This document shows, in pieces, positions 38,636 through 50,975 of a stretch of 64,000 nucleotides of DNA; within the stretch, counting starts at the first letter, position 1, and every line of letters begins with the position of its first letter. The translations under genes were made by a program, and so were the position numbers. Below the pieces are notes generated by a model, which ran no database searches, was not told the origin of the DNA, and was given only the letters and a program-made list of their open reading frames with translations. The stretch lies in NCBI RefSeq assembly GCF_009914755.1, contig NC_060925.1. One strand, written 5' to 3'. This DNA comes from the human T2T-CHM13v2.0 reference genome, Homo sapiens.

Positions 38636-38766
38636 TTATATAAGTTCTATAGAACTTATATAAGTTATATAAGTTCTATAGAACTTATATAATGTTCTAT
38701 AAGTTCTATATAACTTATATAATGTTCTATAAGTTCTATATAACTTATATAATGTTATATAAGTTC
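38636..38766. repeat. AT-rich ~29-30-bp minisatellite built from a 28-bp palindrome
   Basis: TTATATAAGTTCTATAGAACTTATATAA twice (38636-38663, 38665-38692), then about 2.5 variant units. Confidence 0.95.
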
Positions 38767-38859
38767 CAAATAATTTGGAAATTCCGGTCTGTAATGATTG
38801 GCTATTAAATTATAACACTGATGATCATCTTTTCGGTTTCTTTCATTCATTTATTTTTG

Positions 38860-39040
38860 AAGAGCTGCACAATAGAATGGAAAAGAGCACTGAATCAGGA
38901 GTAAAAAGAGCTGGGTGTTGACTTGGTACATCCACAAACTAGCTGTGTAACCTTGTGGATGCCGTGAATGTCTCTGTGCTTCAGCCTCCTCGCCTGCAAG
39001 GTAATGTAACAGTGCTCTAAAATCCCAAAATTCTATGATT
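38860..39040 (+). mobile_element. MIR SINE
   Basis: aatagaatggaaaagagcactgaatcagga...actagctgtgtaaccttg. Confidence 0.75.
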
Positions 39041-40064
39041 TTTGTTACTCAGCCATTGTGTCTTTAATGGTCTTCCTTTCTGAACAGAAGTATGGCAGAT
39101 TCACATCTTGAATTATATGGTGCCCAACCGTATTAGTGATTCTGATTCCCTGGTGAATATGGCAACCAGTGAATTGGGAAGTGGGGGTGAGTATCAGCTA
39201 AAGAAATGAAAGCACCAGCCTGGCAGGTAAACAGTTCACAGTCCCCCAGAGATGGCACAGAAGGGCTGTAGTACTAGGGGATGGGAGACTTGGCATCTTA
39301 GACAAGTCACTGTTCCTGTCTTGGCCTTGGAATTTTGATCTGGAAAATGGGGATGGGGAATTGTGGATGACTAAAGATTTCTGAGCTGCCTTCCAGCTCT
39401 GCTGTTCTGTGATGGCCCATGTGAGTCACAGGTAGGTGCTTCTGTGGTGGCCGGCTGGCCGTTTATCTGGTGGCCTCCCCTCCTCCCTCCCTGCGGGTGG
39501 CCCCTCTCCCACACCCTTTCTAACACACTGGGCATAACTGCTTTACAGCATCCATCTGGCTGCTCTTGGTGTGTCTCTGTGTGAGCAACTTCAGAACAAG
39601 ACTTCTCAACTTTTAAAAAAAGCCTGATTAAAAAATTCTCTGTTAATTATTAAACATGCTCATTGTAGGGAAAAACAAAATTCATAAAGCAGATAAAGAA
39701 TTCTAATAAATCTGAGACATCTACTGTTAGCATTTTGTTATCTTTTCTTTTAGTCTCTTCTCTGGATTTGCTTTTTTTTTTTTTTTTTTTTTTTACTATA
39801 TACACAATTTTGTATCCTGAATTTTTCACTTAAAACTCTCCATAAACATCATTTAAGGTCACTAATATCAGAGAGAAGAAATATTTTATTGTTTAAAAGT
39901 ATCTTTGCATGTGTATGTCATTTTTGTCCCCAGAACAATGTTAGGAGGCATTGGGGAAGAGTAGGTGTGACTATTCCTAATGTGGAGGTGAAAGTGAAGA
40001 GTAAAGCAATAGATAGAGCTGTGCCAGGGTCATGAAGCTAGCCAGCTGCAGGGCGGAGCGGCTC

Positions 40065-40290
40065 TACTGCTGACATTTGCATTGGGCATTATAGTTTACT
40101 GAATTTTCACACTTATTCACTTCTTTCAATAATTCTGTAAGGAACGTGGCTAGAAATTACCATCCCCTTTAATGGCACTAACTGAGTTGCAGATCATGGA
40201 GTGATCTGCCCAAGGACGTAGAGAGTCAGTGGCAAGACCAGGATTCAAACCCGCATTTCCTGACTCCAGGTTTCGTGATCGTCTTGCATT
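40065..40290 (-). mobile_element. MIR SINE
   Basis: gtgatctgcccaaggac...gtggcaagaccaggattcaaaccc...ctgactcca. Confidence 0.75.
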
Positions 40291-41220
40291 CCCAGGTGAG
40301 AACTCTTTCCACTAAAGTCCCAGTGCAAAATGAAACTTGAGTGATGCTAGTGGGCAGCAAAATTTCAGAAATGAGAGTTCAGGGTTGTTGCTAGAGGGAA
40401 AGCTGATCCTCTAATCAATCCAGACATCATTTATTTATAACCATAGAAGCTCAAAGAAGGTGCACATCAGCAGAGGTGGAGGAGGGAGAGGAAGCAACAG
40501 AACTCATCTTAGAAGGAGACATGTGGAGTTCTGACGTGGGGGTGGGGGCGACTGGGCATGGGGGTCGGGAGGGGAGAGGGTGGATAAAACTGGGGGGAGG
40601 GGGCAGGGGAGGGCCCCTCCTGGCACCCATCCTGGCAGAAAGTGCTTCTCCTGGATTGATGGAGAATCCTTCTTCCTCTGTCCCTCTGCATTATGTTCTT
40701 TAAAAGAAATGTGATTTAGCTGCTTCTCTTGCCCAGCCCTTGACTCCTCTGGACAGAAACAACCTGAAAAAACTGCTCTGTTGGCCAGAACAAAGGGTGG
40801 GTTTGGTGTTTCTTTAGAAAGCACTGGTCTCAGCTTGATTTTTCCAGGGCTGACCTGTCCTGTCTGCTTTTTTAACAGCATTGAAACTGCTCAGTTCTCT
40901 GGGTTGGGCCCTCAGAGAAGAGGGCTGCGAGGGTTATCCCACGGAAACGGATCTGCCCAGTCACTGATCCAAGGCAGCAGATGGGCTGCAAAAAGATGTG
41001 GTAGGAAGAGCTGCCTCAAGGATAAGGAGGCCTGGGTTTCCATCCGGCTTGGCCACTGCACACTGTGTGCTTTTGGGTGGGTCATCATCTCTGAAAAGCC
41101 CTCAGTTTCCTTATCTTAAAAGTGAAGGAGTTAGAGTAGAATCATCAAATAGACTCTAGAATTTATTTCAAATAGACTCCAGGGTCTATTTTGGTTCTGG
41201 TGTCCCTTGATTCATTTAGA

Positions 41221-41500
41221 GACAGTATAGCTTAGAGGACAAGCCTGTGGACTCTAGAGGACGAGCTAGAGCTAGAAGGCCTGGCTTGAATCCTGGTTCC
41301 GTCACTAGCCGTCTGTATGACTTGGTGAGAGTGAGTCACTCAGCCTCTTCTGCCTCTATTTTCTCACCTGTACAATGGGGCTAGTTCCTACCTCACTACA
41401 TTGTTAGGATGATTAAGTGGGTTAATTTGGTGAAACACTTGGAAGGGTACCTGCCACATGGTAAGTGCTTTCTAAATGTTTGCTAAATAAATATGTATTA
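41221..41500 (+). mobile_element. MIR SINE, near full length
   Basis: acagtatagcttagagg...ggcttgaatcctgg...ttctcacctgtacaatgggg...cctacctcac...gtaagtgctttctaaatgtt. Confidence 0.9.
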
Positions 41501-42149
41501 TTGTTAAGTTTGGGGGAGGTGGGAGTGGGTACCAGATTGTAATCCTCCCACCTGGAAGGTGCACAGCTTGTAGATGTAATAGGGGTTCACAGTTGTTTCT
41601 TCCTCTCTGAGGATGGCTGAGATTTCACAGGGCGAGTCAGTGTTGATTAGTTGCTCTGCACAGCCAACTTTCTTAGAAAATAATGACAGCAACTGACTTG
41701 GAGGCTTTCAGGGAGCCTGCTTCCTACATTATTTTATGAAATCCTTCCTTAACCCTGCAAGGCACTTGGTTATCACCCCTAGCTCCCAGGTAAAAGCCAG
41801 AGGTTCATGGAGGTGCACAGCTTGAAGTGGTGGCCCCAGGACCCAGCTTGTCCTCTCTGCCTCTGTAGCACAGCTCTGGGCAAAAGCCTTCTGCCCAGTG
41901 GGAGATCCATACTTAAGGTCATCTTGTTGAACACAGAGTGGCCAAGGCTGAGAGCGAGGACTGACCGTGAGCCAGGCCAGGGGACTTGGGTGCTTTTAAA
42001 AATTGATTTGTACTGATCGTATAGAAAAAATGTACAAACTTACCAAGCTTTTAAAACTCAATACCTTACTGTTGAACATTTAGGCTATTTTCAATGTTAA
42101 GATATCATTATGTGCATATTAAACTAGTAAAACATAATTATTTCAGAAC

Positions 42150-42660
42150 TTTAGAAGCAGTTACATGTATCTGTTGATGAGGGCTCCATAAATTGGTTCA
42201 GTTTTTCAAGAGAGCAATCCAGTAATATTTAAGAGCTATAAAGTTATTCCTACCTTTTGACCTGAGAATTCCACTTCTCACAATATACTCCAAGGAAATA
42301 CCCCAAAAGAGACAAAAGGAAGTAATTTGTATTTACTTGTTCTTAGAAATGCTATTTTTAAAAATTGGAAGCAACCCAAATGCCCAACCATTGGGGTTTG
42401 GTTTGAAACTCACAGTCTATTTGCATTCTAGAATATGATAGAGCTATTAAGAATGACAAATATGGGAACAATGTCAAGGCATGGACAAATGTGTACATAC
42501 AAAACAAGAAGTGGCAAAGGGGCTAAGTAGTATGTATTTTCTGATGACAACTATGCAAAACATGGACCTGTATTTGTTCAATGAATTGATGAAGATGAGA
42601 TGCAAGTTGCCGTAGGTTTGAATATTTATCAAATGGTTTTTGCTTATAATAAAAATAAAA
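42150..42660 (+). mobile_element. L1ME-like 3' fragment
   Basis: ccttttgacctgagaattccacttct...aaaattggaagcaacccaaatgcccaa. Confidence 0.7.
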
Positions 42661-42694
42661 TGGATTCTTTTATACTCATAGATGAACAGAACTA

Positions 42695-42850
42695 GCTACA
42701 CAATCTGCAGGCCTCAATGCAAAAGAACCATGTAGGGCTCCTTTTTCAAAAACTAATAATTTCAAGATGGCAATTGCAGAGCTGTAAGCCAAGAGTGGGC
42801 CCTTCTGACCATGAGGCCCTGTGCAACTGCTCTGTACATCCAAGCCCTAG
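42695..42850. mobile_element. MER45-type hAT-Tip100 DNA transposon
   Basis: atttcaagatggcaattgcagagctgtaagccaag...gggcccttctga...ggccctgtgcaactgc. Confidence 0.7.
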
Positions 42851-43089
42851 CTAGAGCTGTCAGTCCAATCTGCCCACTTCACCAGTGAGCAAACTGAGCT
42901 TATGAGCTTGAGTTCTGCTTAGAAAACTCAGAAGCATCTACAATCCTGAGTTCTTCAAGCTTGGAATTAGTGCTGAGGTTACTGAACATTCGGAGGTTGG
43001 ATCTAGAGAGGATGTAGTCACAGATTGTTGTCCATTTATTTGTCCCTAGGTTTTGCTGCTCTAGCGGGAGAGTCAACTGTACTTCATCC

Positions 43090-43420
43090 ATTCTTCTATC
43101 TATTTAGCAAGCATTTATGTACTGGGCAGTCTTCTCACTGATGGGGATACAGAGGGCTCAGAACAGGAGCTTAGGGTTTAGTTGCAAAGACAGACGAAGA
43201 AGATACATGTTTACAGGGCACTTTGGTGAAAGCTATGGTAGGTTTGAACTAATGGTTTAGAAAGCACAGAAGTGTAGTTGGGGAAGTGGCAGCTTTTCTG
43301 GCATTGAGGACTGACACCTGAGTTTTGAGAAAGCCATACCTTAATAAAGAAGGTGAAGGATAGCTAGGCAGAAGAAACAACATGTTCTACAAAGCCCAAG
43401 CAGAGACAATGTGGAGATCT
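43090..43420 (-). mobile_element. L2 fragment
   Basis: atttagcaagcatttatgtactgggca...ggggatacagag...ggagcttagggtttagt. Confidence 0.6.
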
Positions 43421-43539
43421 CCAAGTAATGACTTGTTGGAGTAATATCACACGATTGGTTAATACGGAGACAAGCCAACTAAAGCTCCAAAGTCTTTGCC
43501 TGAAGAATCTCTTAAGATGGACTGTGACATCTGTTCTGG

Positions 43540-43700
43540 GTCATGCCCTCTCAGGTTTGATCAGCATGCTGTCCGTGTCCTCATCCAAATCGTCAGTGGG
43601 AATGCTGATCAGGACAGCGTCAACACTGGGTGCTATTGCAGCCTCCCTCACCACCCTTCCTTGAGATTTCTCTAAGTTGTCCACAGGTCTGTGAGAGAAG
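43540..43700 (-). mobile_element. Possible CR1/L3 LINE relic
   Basis: gtcctcatccaaatcgtcagtgggaatgctgatcaggacag resembles the antisense CR1 RT-region motif. Confidence 0.4.
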
Positions 43701-44243
43701 CTCTGCTGCATGCCTTCCTGATATCAGAACATACTGATTCTTCTGGCCCATCACAAAATAACCTTGGTAGTTAGGCAGTGTTGTTTTCTGAGACCCTATT
43801 GGGTTTCTAGTAGATGCTTCTTACTGTTCTGAAAGCCCACATGCATAGTACCTGAGGACATGAACTGGAAATTGTCCATAGTGAGTTCAGAAACAAAATT
43901 GACCACCCTCCTTTCCTTCCCCAACTCTGCACCATGCAGTGTCATGGCTACATGCTTGTCCTTGGCCCAAACTTCAGTGCCACCAGATCCCCCTAGTATG
44001 GGAAGCCCCAGGTTCTCCAAGACTCAGTCACGACCTTGACCATTTACCTCCCCAGTTGGGCTCGTGCAAATCCTTAGGGAAGCTGGAACCAGATAGTGAC
44101 CACAGGACTCTTCCATTTACCTTTTCCTGGAGACGTCACGTATTGTTCTTTACTTACCCAGCTGAGTTTGTGCTTGCTATTCAGTTTTAAAAATTAATTA
44201 CCTTTTGTATTTACATGTAAATAGCTAGTTTTAAAAGATTTCC

Positions 44244-44362
44244 TTTTGAGATGGGGTCTTGGTATGTTGGCTATGCTGGTCTTGGAGTCCTGGGCTCAAA
44301 CAATTTTCCAGCCTCAGCCTCCCAAGTAGCTGGGATTACAGGCCTGCACCACTGCACCCAGC
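44244..44362 (-). mobile_element. FLAM (free left Alu monomer)
   Basis: Single ~120-bp monomer gagatggggtcttg...gcaccactgcacccagc. Confidence 0.88.
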
Positions 44363-45527
44363 TTGTAAAATAAAATATTTGATTGAGAAAAAAATCACCC
44401 TATTCGTATTACTCAAAAGGAATCATCACTAAAAATCTGTGGTAACTATTTTGGTCATGTCTTTATGTGTATATGCATAGAGAGGAGTAGATGGATGGGC
44501 ACAAAGTGATAGAGAGAGAAATAATTTCACCAGGATGGAATCACACCATATGTAGCATTTTAACTAAAATGTAGTAAATTTAATTTAACTGAAAGCTTTA
44601 CTGGGATAATAGGAAACTCAAGGAATTGACATGGAATTTCTGAACATCAGATAAATGTTTTTTTCACAAGAAATATTAGTTCGTAAAATAGCCCTCAGAG
44701 TTAAGAGAAAATAAGTATTGAGAGAGTAGAGTAAATTTTAAGTGAAATTTCGAATTTTAGACACTATCTAATGACTCTCTGCTATGAAAGTGAGTAAATC
44801 AGCATGTTGCTCTTTCCCCTCTCCTCCTCCACAACACAAGATATTTATTAAATGCATTACTTTCACATTGTCCAAAGTAATGACATTTACTTTCTGTTCT
44901 ATGTAAATCTTTATGGACTGTGGACTATGGAATGCTTAATACTAGTTGTTGTTGGTTTTTGTAAACCACAAATTTGATCTTCAAGTTATTTTGATTTACT
45001 ATTTGGTTGGCTAGATTTATAGTCAAATAATTTTTTCTAGGAGTCTTCTTATTTTGCATGTATGATGGTATCTGTCCACTGGCTTTATACTTGAAGGTGA
45101 CATGCCTGTTTAAGCTATGCTTTTCTTCTCTTGGAATGTTGTAGGCATGATTTCCCTGTCTTTGGGACTGTGTTGTTAAGGGAAAGTCTGAGGCATTTCC
45201 TCTGAGATAGCTAATGGGCTGGGCAAAGTTCACATGACCAAAGCTCAACTCCCCAAAACTATTCCTCCATCATTTCCCAGTACAACAAATGGCACCACCA
45301 TTCACCCAGTTGTCCAGGCCAAATCCTTAGAATTATCCTTTCTCTCATATCTCACTTTCAGTCCTTCAGCAAAAAGGGTGACTCTACCTTCAAAATATAT
45401 CTGGATTCTCACTACTTCACATTTCCTCCACTGATTCCACCCTAGCATGAGCCATCACACTTCTCTCTGGCACTGTTGTAATTACTTCCTAAGAGACTTC
45501 TTGCTTCTGTTTCATCCAATTCTGTTG

Positions 45528-45724
45528 TATCCTATCCTACCCTACCCTACCCTACCTTACCCTACCCTACCCTACCCTACCCTGCCTTACCTTACCTTAC
45601 CCTATCCTATCCTATCCTATCCTATCCTATCCTATCCTATCCTATCCTATCCTATCCTATCCTATCCCATCCCATCCTATCCCATCCCATCCCATCCCAT
45701 CCCATCCCACCCCACCCATCCTAT
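45528..45724. repeat. Compound pentanucleotide repeat (CCCTA/CCTTA > CCTAT > CCCAT)
   Basis: About 39 five-base units in ordered blocks. Confidence 0.97.
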
Positions 45725-45894
45725 TGAATTCTATTCTCCAGGTAATTCATACAATACCAAGTTATTATCTTAAAATTACATCATGCCACTCCCCAGTTCT
45801 CAGCCCTCTAATGGTTTTCTATCACATTTAGCATTTATATCCTAGAAGACTTTACAAGATCTTGCCCAGATGACTTCTCTGACATCATTTCTAC

Positions 45895-45934
45895 CACTCA
45901 CTCACTCACTCACTCACTCACTCACTCACTCACT
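45895..45934. repeat. (CACT)n microsatellite
   Basis: cactcactcact... about 10 units. Confidence 0.95.
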
Positions 45935-46849
45935 GTGTTCTAGCCACAATCTTCTTGTTGTTTTTGAGCCTTTATGTAGATTCCCACCTCAGGATCTTTG
46001 CACTTGATTTTTTTTTTCTGGGATGCTCTACCTTTCAGATATCCTTATGGCTCCTTCTTCACATCCTTCAGACCTCTGTTCAAAGTGACTTTATCAGGGA
46101 GATCTTTTCTGACCACCTATAAAAATAAAATGTCTTTACCAGTCTTAATCCCCACATCCTGGCTTATCATTCTTCATAACTCATACCATAACTGATAAAT
46201 GTTTTTTATTGACTGTCCTTTTGCCAGAATTTAAGCTCCATGAAATTAGGGACTTTGCTTTATTTATCACTCTGGCACCTAACAGTGCCTGGCACATTGT
46301 AGGTGCACCATATGTATTGGTTAAACTAATGAGTTAACTAACAAAATAATATTTTTCACATTGTATTTTACCTTTTTTCTTTTCTAATGTCCCTGTGATT
46401 CTTTCTTTATCCTTGAAGTTGAATAATTTCAGCAAAATGTTTTGATATAGATTGTTCTTCACAGATTTTTTGTTTCCTAAAGCACTGTGTACCCTTTTTG
46501 ACATGCAGGCTTTTCAGGAATGTTTTCTTTTACTTTAGTGTGTCTTCGAATACTTAATCTATCCTATTATCTGTTCCCTTCTCCACAAACAGCAATGCTA
46601 TTGACTCTGGATCTTCTTTGTCATTTGTATTTTTAATGTTTTGTGCAATATTTTCATATCTTTATTCTTTTCTTTATTGTTTTATAATTTCTTCTATCCT
46701 GTCTACCATGTTGTTGACAGCATTTTAGTTATGTGTATTCTATTTTTTTCACCTTTACAATATTTTTATTTTTCTTTCATTTGTTTCCTGAACTCTGCTA
46801 GCTTATTTTTCCTTTTATTACTTATAGTCTCTTCTTTTTGTTTTTAAAA

Positions 46850-48090
46850 TCATTTTATTAGATTTAGGTTTCTAAATTGACATGCAGTAAAATGCACTCT
46901 CTGTGGATTACAGATCTATGAATCTTGGCAAATGCATAGAGTTGTATACCTACCACAACGGGGATACAGAATAGTTCCATCACCCCGAATAATCCCTTTG
47001 TGATCCTTTTGTAGCTGATTCCTCCCCTGCTGCTAACTGTAATCCCTGGAAACCACTGATCTGTTCTCTAACCCCATAATTTTGCCTTTTCCAGAAACTT
47101 CTATAAATAAAAGGATATATTATATGCTTCTATAAATATAAGGATATATTTTGGATCTGGCTTCTTTCACTTAGCAAAATGCACTTGAGATTCATCCATG
47201 TCATTGTGTGTATACATCGTTCATTACATTTTATTGCTGAATGGTACTCTATTGTTTGGGTGTTCCAGTTTGTTTATCCAGTGACTAAGTTACTGAAAGA
47301 CATCTGCATTGTTTCCAGTTTTTAGTGATTATGGTAAAGCTGCTATAAACATTCATGTAATGTTTTCTTTTGTGAACACAAGTTTTCATTTCTCTTGGAT
47401 AATTATCTAAGAGTAGGATTACTAGGTTATATACTACATATATGTTTCCCTTTAAAAGCAACTATTAAATAGTTTTCCACAGTGGCTGTAGAAATTTGAG
47501 GCCAGGAATATATGAGTCCAGTAGCTCTGCATTCTCACTAGTACTTGCTATTGTCAGGAATTTTTATTTTAACCATTTTGATAAGTGTTTAGTGGTCCTC
47601 ATCATGGTTTTAATTTGCATTTCTTTAATGTCCCTATTTTCCACCCATATGTCTTTTTTGATAAAGTGTCTGTTCAAATATTTTGCCCATTTTGGGAAAA
47701 AGTTGTTTGTTTTCTTAGCGTTGAGTGTTGTTCTTTATATATACTGAATACAAGTCCTTTGTCAGATATGTAATTTACAAATATTAGGTTGCCATTACTT
47801 TCAAGGGCAAAAACCATAGTTACTTTTGTACCAATCTGATATTTTTCTTCCAATCTGTGATTTGTCTTTTCATTCTCTTAACAGTCCCTTTTGCAGAGCA
47901 AAAGTTCTTAATTTGGACAAAGTTCCATTTATCATTTTAAAAATTGGATTTTGCTTTTGTGTCATCTCTAAGAACTCTTTACCCAGGTCATAATGATTTT
48001 TCTCCCCAGTTTTCTTTTAGAAGTTTTATAGTTTTATGTTTTACCTTAAGGACTATGATACATTTTGAGTTAAATTTTGTATTCACTGTG
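46850..48090 (-). mobile_element. L1M (MB/MC-like) 3' region
   Basis: aattgacatgcagtaaaatgcactc...ttgagattcatccatg...gttttaatttgcatttcttta...tttagaagttttatagtttta. Confidence 0.9.
47784..47839. mobile_element. MADE1 (Hsmar1 MITE), left arm partly deleted
   Basis: ttaggttgccattactttcaagggcaaaaaccatagttacttttgtaccaatctga flanked by TA, inserted in L1. Confidence 0.85.
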
Positions 48091-48429
48091 AGGGTTCATG
48101 AGTGTTCTGAGGGGGTTTGCTTGAGACTAGGTTGTAGGCCTTCGCTGGCCACATGGGGCTTTTTCTAGGGGTCTAATGAGGACAGAGAGAAGAAATCAGA
48201 TCTCCATGCCAGACACCCTGAGGGGTATGAGTGGCTCTAACTCTCTCACTGTTGGACATGACACCTGGGACTGGAACATTGTCTCCAGAAAGCCTCAGCA
48301 AAGTGAGAGCTTGGGGTGGGCATAAGAACAGAGTATCAGGGAGTGTTTGTCCAGGAAAGCAGCTGTGGGTGTGAGATCTGATGGGGAAGAGGACCTGGGA
48401 TTTTAGAGCGATAAGCTATTGAAAATAAC

Positions 48430-48630
48430 AGCAAAAACAATAGTGGCTATCTTTTACTAAACAGTTAGGACAGCAACTTTATATACATACTTTCTAAGCC
48501 TTACAGGCACCTGGCAAGGAGGGAGTTATCCCTTTTATACAAATGTGGGAACCAAAGTTCAGAGAAGCTGTCTGTTCAAGGCCACACAGCTATTGATTGG
48601 GAGGCCGTGATTTAAACCCAGGCTGGAAGC
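48430..48630 (-). mobile_element. MIR SINE
   Basis: ccttttatacaaatgtgggaaccaaagttcagaga...ttcaaggccacacagct. Confidence 0.75.
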
Positions 48631-49889
48631 TAAAGCTGGTTCTCTGTCTACTCCAACAGCTGCCCCGCATGACTCAGGGCTCAGGGGACACTGAGTGGAG
48701 GTGGAAAAAGGGCAAGGAGGAAGGAAGGCTGAAGTTTGGTCAAAGACAGGCTCCTATGAGGCCGAAGGGCAATCACCTCTTGGATGAGGGGCTGGGAGAA
48801 TCCTTGGAATTGTTCTCCCTGTGATGCTTTATGAAACAGTGTATGTAACTTCTCACTTATGGAAGAATCAAGAGCAGAGGACTGGACAAAATGGCCCCAG
48901 TGGACACTGAAGGAGAACCTCAGGGATACAGCCCTGATGGAGCCATGTGTGCCTGCTGTCCTAGGTGTTTCCTCCCAAGGCTGACTTGGCATTTTTAGGC
49001 CAGTCCCAGCCTGGGAAGCTATCTGGCTGACTAGGTGACCAAAAGACAAGTTCCTTCCCACCTAGGCGGGTACCCATGTCTCCCCTTGGTGTCTCAGGTG
49101 GGGCACAGCCCACAGAAGCCCCGCCCATCATTGACTATCTGGACTATCTGTCACACTGAGGAATATCTACAGGGTCTGGCAGTGGGCAGGAAGTGCCTGT
49201 CCTAAGAGAATGGGGCCTAGAGTCTGGGAGAGGTGGTCTTGACAAAAGATAACAATTCTGCACCATTCTGCTGTTCTGTGTAAAGATCTTTTTCCCTCTC
49301 CCAAATAAGGGGACTCTTTGGCCTAGGTCATAGAGCTATTCATGGAAGGTAGGCAGTGTGCCAGTGTTCCAGGCAGGCACCATTTTTGCTCTGTAAATAA
49401 ATGCAGTGGAGCCACTGCCTCTGTCCCCAGGGGACCAGCAGTCCAGTATGCTTCCAAGCGGGGCTCCCAGGGAGGTGGAAGCAGAGCCACAAGGGCCAGA
49501 GAGGTGGAGAACCTGGAGCCTACTCATACCAACCTCAGGTAGCCCCTGGCAAGGGTTCTGCCACCCTTGTTTGGTCCTTTGTCCACCCTTCCCTGAGAGC
49601 AGCAATAAAAAGAGGGGCTATAAATGTGCCCTTGGCTTGGCCTTGGCTCCTGAGGGTGAGGATCCAGATGACAGTGTCTCAGGGAGCCTGGCCAGCCCAG
49701 GCCTGACTTGGGGGGATGCCGGACAACACAGAGGAACTGGAGCCATCCCTACAACAATAGGGTCTCTCCTTAGCCTAAAGAGACAGAAGCTGAGGGGAGA
49801 GGAAGTGAGAATCCAGTCAGTGAATTCAGGAAGGGTCTGAGCAGCATGAACACACTTGGCCCTGAGGTTATCATCTAGGATCCTGCAAT

Positions 49890-50105
49890 GAGAGGCAGCA
49901 GGGCTCTGGTGAGGGCCAGCCCCAGCTCCCCTTTACTAGCTGGGCAAGTTACATAAACACTCCAAGCCTCAGTTTCCTCTGCTGTAAAGTTTTAAGGTTT
50001 TTGGGAGAAGTGGTTGACATATGAGAAGTGTTTAACATACTGTCTGGCACCCAATACGTGCTCAATAATTGTAGCAATGAGCTTCATCATCATCATCATC
50101 ATCAT
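49890..50105 (+). mobile_element. MIR SINE with (CAT)n tail
   Basis: ctgggcaagttacataaacactccaagcctcagtttcctctgctgtaaag...gtgctcaataa. Confidence 0.8.
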
Positions 50106-50464
50106 TGTTTGATACTTTAATTAATGCACTGGGAGTCAAAATACTTACATTTGAGACTACTTCAAACATTTAGTTATTATGTGACCCTGGTGAGGTTATT
50201 TGACCATTATGAGCATCAGTTTCCTAACCTCTAAAATAGGGTCAATAACAATATTTGTCAGAAGATTGGTGGGGTAACTAAACATTTAGCACCTGGCACA
50301 GTGTAGGCCCCAAATACACTCAGTTAAAATGAAGAGACTCCTATAAAGCTTAAGAAGGACAGCTTAGGACCCTTCCTGCAAAGAAGTATGATTTTTGTGG
50401 CAGGGAGCCACTTCATGGGATGGATCACCTCAGGAGATAATCTTGATTAGTGCCTTCCCCAGGA

Positions 50465-50975
50465 GTGTTTCAGTTGCAAGGGAATAAATCCAACCTAGAC
50501 CAGCTTGAGAAAATAGGGAAACCTAAGGGAGTGCAGATGGGCTTCAGGCACGATTGGATCCAGACGTTTCAATAATGGCATCAGTACACGGTCTCTTCAT
50601 GTCAAGCTCTCTTTTCCACTGTGCCAACTTCTTTCTCAGCCAGGCTTTCTCCTCGTGGTGGCAAAGCTAGCCACTGTCTGCACCAGCTTGCATCATTCCA
50701 CAGCTGCTTTAGAGAAAAGAACAACACCCTTTCCCCCTGGGCATGCATCTCACTCTCCTAAAAGGACTGTTTGGATGACATGACTACCCCTGAACCTCCA
50801 ACCAGATTCCATGCAGGTCACGTGCCCAGCCCTGCAGCAAGGTCTTAGGGCCCTTTGATTGACAGCTCCATTGGAATCAATGCAGGGGGACTGTTCCCAT
50901 AAAACAAAGAAGTGTGCTGTTACCAGAAGAAGAGAGAAGGCTCGCCGGGCAGGCAGATTGCAATAGCTGTCAACT
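50465..50975 (-). mobile_element. Old MLT1 (J/K-like) LTR
   Basis: ttcagttgcaaggg...ggcttcaggcacgattggatccag...caggctttctcctcgtggtggca. Confidence 0.7.

Larger units (their letters stand above)
45230..46335 (+). mobile_element. L2 LINE with internal microsatellites
   Basis: aatggcaccaccattcacccagttgtccaggcc...aagctccatga...acagtgcctggcacattgtaggtgc. Confidence 0.85.

Noticed and set aside
38636-38766. CRISPR-like palindromic ~28-bp repeats
   Set aside because: Units are adjacent with no unique spacers, no cas genes, and the context is primate genomic DNA
45447-45773. ORF with PYPTL/SYPIL/SHPIP repeats
   Set aside because: Translation of a pentanucleotide microsatellite
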